DNA of 64,000 bases from Phoronis australis (lineage: Eukaryota > Animalia > Phoronida), in contig NMRA01000150.1 of NCBI GenBank assembly GCA_002633005.1, positions 437,707 to 501,706 of the forward strand. Reading direction: 5' to 3'. This document shows positions 59,372 to 64,000 of this stretch, piece after piece. Each line of letters opens with the position of its first letter. The stretch's first letter is position 1. The position numbers and the translations under genes are program-made. The notes beneath the pieces were generated by a model. That model was not told the DNA's origin, did not search any database, and saw only the letters and a program-made list of their open reading frames with translations.

Positions 59372-60208
59372 AACAAGAGCAACACGGAGTGTTGAAATGC
59401 ACCCACGAATGCATTGTCAATGGTGTGCTTCTGGAGGTGTATATTTGTATCATAAAAAGGGCCACTAGATGGCGCAAGATACATCCAATCCATCCGAAAA
59501 CAGGAACATGCCATTGCTTCTTTAATAGACAGCTATTAATTAAATTTCATAAAAATCTGTAAAAAACTTCAGAGAAGCAAAGGAAAACAGAAAAAAAAAC
59601 AAAATTGCCACTAGGGGGCACAGTGTTTGCCAGATTCATCTGAACATCATCCTCGTCCGTTGTCAATTTCATATAAATACACTTACACACTGCAGTAGGT
59701 TTAGGAGTTACAGCTATGAGCCTAAAAAAAACCGAAACTGCCACTACGAGGCGCCACAGCAATCAAAGTCGGAAAATTATCGTCAACCATCCTCTTCACA
59801 CTAAGAACATGTATGCCAACTTTCTCACAATCATCGTTAAAATGGTTTCGTTGATAGAGGAGCGGATGCCAAAAAACAGACTCTATAACAGTAAAAATGG
59901 CCACTAGGCGGCGCAAAATGCCTCAAATCCATCCGAAAACAGGAGGATAGCGTCGTCTCATCAATAGATTCCTATGTGCCAAATTTCATGGAAAACGGTT
60001 GAGGACCTTTGAAGATACAGCGGCAAACGTAAAAAAATAAAATTGCCACTCGGGGGCACAGCGATACTTGGGTAGGTCCGAAACTCGTCGCCCTTCTGTC
60101 GTCAACCTAATAGGAGCACACCTGCCAAATTTCATTAAGATGTCCCAAGGGTTTTAGGACAGAGATGACGTCAATATGCGCCCACATAAATATGTGGCCG
60201 CATAAAAA
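59372..60208. mobile_element. Helentron-associated (HINE/DINE-like) element, apparently full length, copy 2
   Basis: Start aacaagagcaacacggagtgttg (hairpin), five ~130-160-bp internal repeats, terminal palindrome atgcgcccacataaatatgtggccgcat followed by an A-run. Confidence 0.75.
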
Positions 60209-60638
60209 GTACGCAAGGGCACAGTGTGCTACAATTGAAAAACTACGCATTCAAACAATTTAAGGATTAGACAAACAAGATAGGGCAACATCTGGTGACA
60301 GTCGCAGAAACTAACTTTTTTAATGTAAAAAGTTATATTATTGATATACAACATTCGAGTGACTAATTAGATGACTACAGCAGCATCTTGCAGCATTTCA
60401 GTTTGGTTTAAATTGTCGATCCCAAGTATCATTTCATAAACTCTAAATGGAGGTGTTGAGTAAAACAACCTGCTAGTAATCCAGCCATGTAAAAACCTTA
60501 GTTTAATATAATTTGTCTATGAGCAAGCTACAACCCACCAGAGTCTGCTCAAAGTACACAGTATATTCAGTGTGAGTCTATGACCAAGCTACAACCCACC
60601 AGAGTCTGCTCAAAGTACACAGTATAGTCAGTGTGAGT

Positions 60639-60745
60639 CTATGCTCCTGTGCTTGATGCTGAGCAAAAGTTGTTTTAAGCTTGGTGACAGTAGAAGCTTC
60701 TGTAGATGGGGCTGGTAACCTTTTGAAGGCAATGACCAGTGAAAC
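60639..60745 (-). pseudogene. Decayed local duplicate of the TUBGCP6 terminal exon in its own 3' UTR
   Basis: ggttaccagccccatctacagaagcttctactg...agcacaggagcatag versus the true ggttaccagccccatctacaggaacttctactg...agcacaggatcatag. +1 frameshift; acceptor AG mutated. Confidence 0.75.
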
Positions 60746-60801
60746 AATTATGTCGACCTGCCAGCCGTGTGAGTCTGTGCTCAGTGATGATCTGTATGAG
60801 T

Positions 60802-63330
60802 CTATGATCCTGTGCTTGCTGCAGAGTAGAAGTTATTAAAGTCTAGTCGCAGTAGAAGTTCCTGTAGATGGGGCTGGTAACCTCTCATGGACAAGATGTT
60901 GATCACTGGAACAAGATGGTCAGTTACAACACAAACTCACCAGAATGGAAGTTAAGATGAATGCTTAGCAATAAGTAGCAATTATCCAAATGTGACAAAT
61001 TTGGAAACAATCCTCCCTGCAGTGCATTGTGGGTAATTACAATACTGCACCCTTCTCAACAAAATATCTTAAACCTACTAGTTAAAACTATTCAGTACAA
61101 CTTTGGTGAGGGGTAACAGCTAGATCGTGACTAATATCTTATGGGGTGTCACTGATCTAGGATTAACAGCTAGTCCCAACTGAAGTCAAGCATGTATTTC
61201 AAACATTCACTGTTCTGTCTCACATCAGTCAAGCACGTATTTCAAATAGTGTTCTGTCTCACATCAGTCAAACAGTGTTCAGTCTCACATCAATCAAGAG
61301 TTTCTTCAATGGATCAAAACAACAAGGAGGCAGGAAACTGATGAAGCTATGTACTAGTATGTCACTAATGGAAACGTTGCTTGCCTACTGAAATAAGTTT
61401 TAGTCTTTGCTCAAATGAATGTTTTACCTTTGAGTAAGAATGCCAAGTATTCCTTAAACGTCATACAGGTGACTATCAGCTGACTGAAAGCAGGGTGCAC
61501 AGCTTCACCTGTCCTGGGGTGGGGCTGCCAGGAGGCGGACAGCAGCTGGGAGCGAAACTTGAGAATGAGACAGAAAATGTCAGTGATAACCTTCATCACT
61601 GGAGCAGCCTTCTTATTGAGTAAACACCTGGAATGAGTGTTACATAATCACAATTTTTTTATTTAGTAACTGAGACATAACATGTGTGTGATCACTCTCA
61701 ACATAGGAACTGTCTTGAAGAATTCCATCTAACAAAAGTTTCAAACAAAATTTTGTTCAATGTATGTTCTGAAAGTTGAATAAAACAATCACTTGTTATT
61801 TTAGAATGTATTCACATTATGTTGGTTTACGTCTTTTTCACAACTGACATGATTGGAAAAATTGTGATTGATGAACAACTTTGAGAACTGTCCTGAGAGT
61901 GTTACCATGGCTACCATCCAGTAACTCAATGTAAAGGCACAAGGGTAATGGTCTGATATTTTGTGCCCGAATTTTGAGAACCAGTTTTCTCCACTGAATA
62001 ACGGGCATAAACTGGTTATATAAGACTATTGCCAGCAAAAGGGGGCATTACATAACTAAAAGATTATTAGTGAAACAGTGGACAAGAAGACAAAGTTTAT
62101 AATTGAATAGAGCAGTGTCTGAAAATGCAATATAAGTATCTGTCATAGTTAATGTACTCCTTCAAAGAGGAATGCTTATGGAGGCAAACCGTTGAAGAAA
62201 GTCGTACTTTTGTGACTGCTGAATGATTTAGATTATTATGAGGTGTTGAATTAATTACAAAATATTCACCTGAAAATAGCTCTGTTGAGGTAATCAGCGT
62301 GCTTATGATGCAGTTCATCCAGACTATGCACCTGATGGGTCATGTGATCTTGGAACTCCTGCCAGGTGACATCAATGATCTGATTGGCCAGATAGCCCTG
62401 GATGATGTTGACCAGGTGTTGCATCTCATGACGATGAAGTTGAAGCTGACGGAACTGGGTGGAGCGAGCGGCATTGTGCAACAGAGCTGAAATATAGAGA
62501 CAGGACACAGACTATGTGGGGTACTTGGACACTAAAGACTTGGTATATATGTTAGGGGGAAGGGGCGATTCAGTAATTACCACAGACCCTTCTACAAAGA
62601 ACGTATCAATCAGTCTCCAACTGTTCAAGTCCACATTCATGATCCTCATTTAAGCAAATTGCTTTGTAGACAATCTTCTGAACTTATAGAGTGAGCTTCA
62701 TAATGTTAACTTATGGAGTGCACCAGAGAGCTTCATAATGTTAAATTATCGAGTGCACCAGAGAGCTTCATAATGTTAACTTATCGAGTGCACCACTGAG
62801 CTTCGCAATATTAACTTATCAAGTGCACCAGTGAGCTTCATAATGTTAAAAAGACTTATCAAAAATAGACTTGAGGTCATCTGACGCCATGACTCATTTT
62901 GGAAGTGATATCCATGTTTGCCTCCACCAGGGGGTGTGCAAGCATTGTGCAAGGTACAGACACACTAGGTTTACATTTGCCAGTTTGAGATTCTTTGGAA
63001 ATAAACAAATAAGACCTGAAGGAGAACAAACCAAGACAGAGAATAACTTACATTGAGGAGTCAAGGCAACAGTCCTGCTAGAGCTAACGAAAAGATTCCA
63101 AGGTTCAACTGAGCAATGCTTTCAGTTAATCTGATATTGTTGATAAGTGTTGGACGTACCAGTTCTCTTGAGACTGTTCACCACATCCTTCAATACCCAT
63201 GTGGTACGACGGAGCTGTAGCATGAAGGAGAATACCTTGGAATACTTGCTCATACAACTCTCAGTAATCACAATATTGATGGGCCAGTCTACTTTATATT
63301 GTAGCTCAAGACAGTCCAGACTGTTGATGG
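60802..63330 (-). CDS. TUBGCP6: Gamma-tubulin complex component 6, C-terminal four exons (gene continues beyond the window)
   Basis: Exons 63330-63160, 62486-62270, 61627-61428, 60905-60802. LELQYKVDWPINIVITESCMSKYSKVFSFMLQL...RHEMQHLVNIIQGYLANQI...YLNRAIFRCLLNKKAAPVMKVI...RGYQPHLQELLLRLDFNNFY matches the GCP6 GRIP2 C-terminus. Confidence 0.93.
62690..62850. repeat. 34-bp tandem repeat, ~5 copies
   Basis: Unit gagcttcataatgttaacttatcgagtgcaccaga. Confidence 0.85.
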
Positions 63331-63559
63331 CTGAAATTAGAAAATGTTACATCTGCATTTCAATGTGATACTAAAATGGGGCACAAAAATAAATCTGTTG
63401 TTACACAGAAAAACACTTTTTGCAGACGGAGAGGCGAGTGGCAAAAATTCGACGGATAAACTATAAAAATTTCACAAGGTGACATAGAACATCAAACCTG
63501 TCCACAAACAAGAATACGACATCTTTAAAATAAATCTGTTTGTCAATTTAATGGAAATA

Positions 63560-64000
63560 TGTCAAGGAACTCTGGTTCCAAAGGCAAACATAAAAAATCG
63601 CCACTTGGGGGCTCTGTGGTGAACATTTCAACCAAAAGTCATTGCTGTCCCTTGTCACATTCATACGAAGACTTCAGAAAGATCCTGCAAGGCTCAAGAA
63701 CTTACAGAAAAAATTGCCACTAGGAGGTGCTACAGTAGTCAGTGTCATGCGAAAATCAAGGTCAACTGTAGTCTTGACAGAAACACATCTGCCAATTTTC
63801 ATGATCCTTTGAGGAGTTTGGCAAATAGAGAGCCGAACAACAAAAAAACGGACTCAGAAATAACAAAAATGGCCACTAGGTGATGCAAGATATGTTCAAT
63901 CAATTTGCGAAGTAGTAAGCATTGTCATCTTCTTTATATGTAACCAAAGTTTATGAAAATCCATCCAGAAACTCCAAAGGCAAAGATAGAAACTAATTGT
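63560..64000. mobile_element. Helentron-associated element, partial diverged copy 3, in a TUBGCP6 intron
   Basis: Same gccact(a/t)gg.gg repeat units and aaaaatggccactagg junction as 59372-60208. Confidence 0.6.

Overview
AT-rich animal (probably invertebrate; inferred) nuclear DNA with spliced genes. Almost all ORFs in the supplied track are intronic or repeat noise. I reconstructed five genes by hand from GT-AG boundaries and frame continuity: SLC25A26 (mitochondrial S-adenosylmethionine carrier, +, 9 coding exons, 1576-13718); a CD225/dispanin-family membrane protein (-, 16882-18911); a secreted 495-aa protein of signal peptide + unrecognised ~170-aa domain + 4 calcium-binding EGF + MAM (-, 11 exons, 26431-50167); UQCC1/CBP3 (+, 3 exons, 52715-58178); and the last four exons of TUBGCP6 (-, 60802-63330). 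Introns and intergenic DNA are full of minisatellites and transposon relics (hAT, Kolobok-like, Penelope, L1/Tx1, CR1/L2-like, Helentron-associated elements, foldback MITEs). Three things stand out. (1) A complete 586-bp miniature LTR retrotransposon (TRIM) whose LTRs contain a tRNA-Asn-like Pol III cassette, with a tRNA-Ser PBS, a PPT and a 4-bp TSD, nested in a MITE in SLC25A26 intron 1. (2) Tandem repeats that repeatedly copy splice signals, notably 11 decoy branch-point/acceptor units before the last SLC25A26 exon and about 17 donor-like motifs behind a cryptic in-frame acceptor. (3) A Helentron-associated repeat family carrying co-oriented CTCF-consensus motifs at roughly 115-190 bp spacing. 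Two N-flanked duplications are probably assembly artefacts. No database searches were run; family calls rest on recalled motifs.
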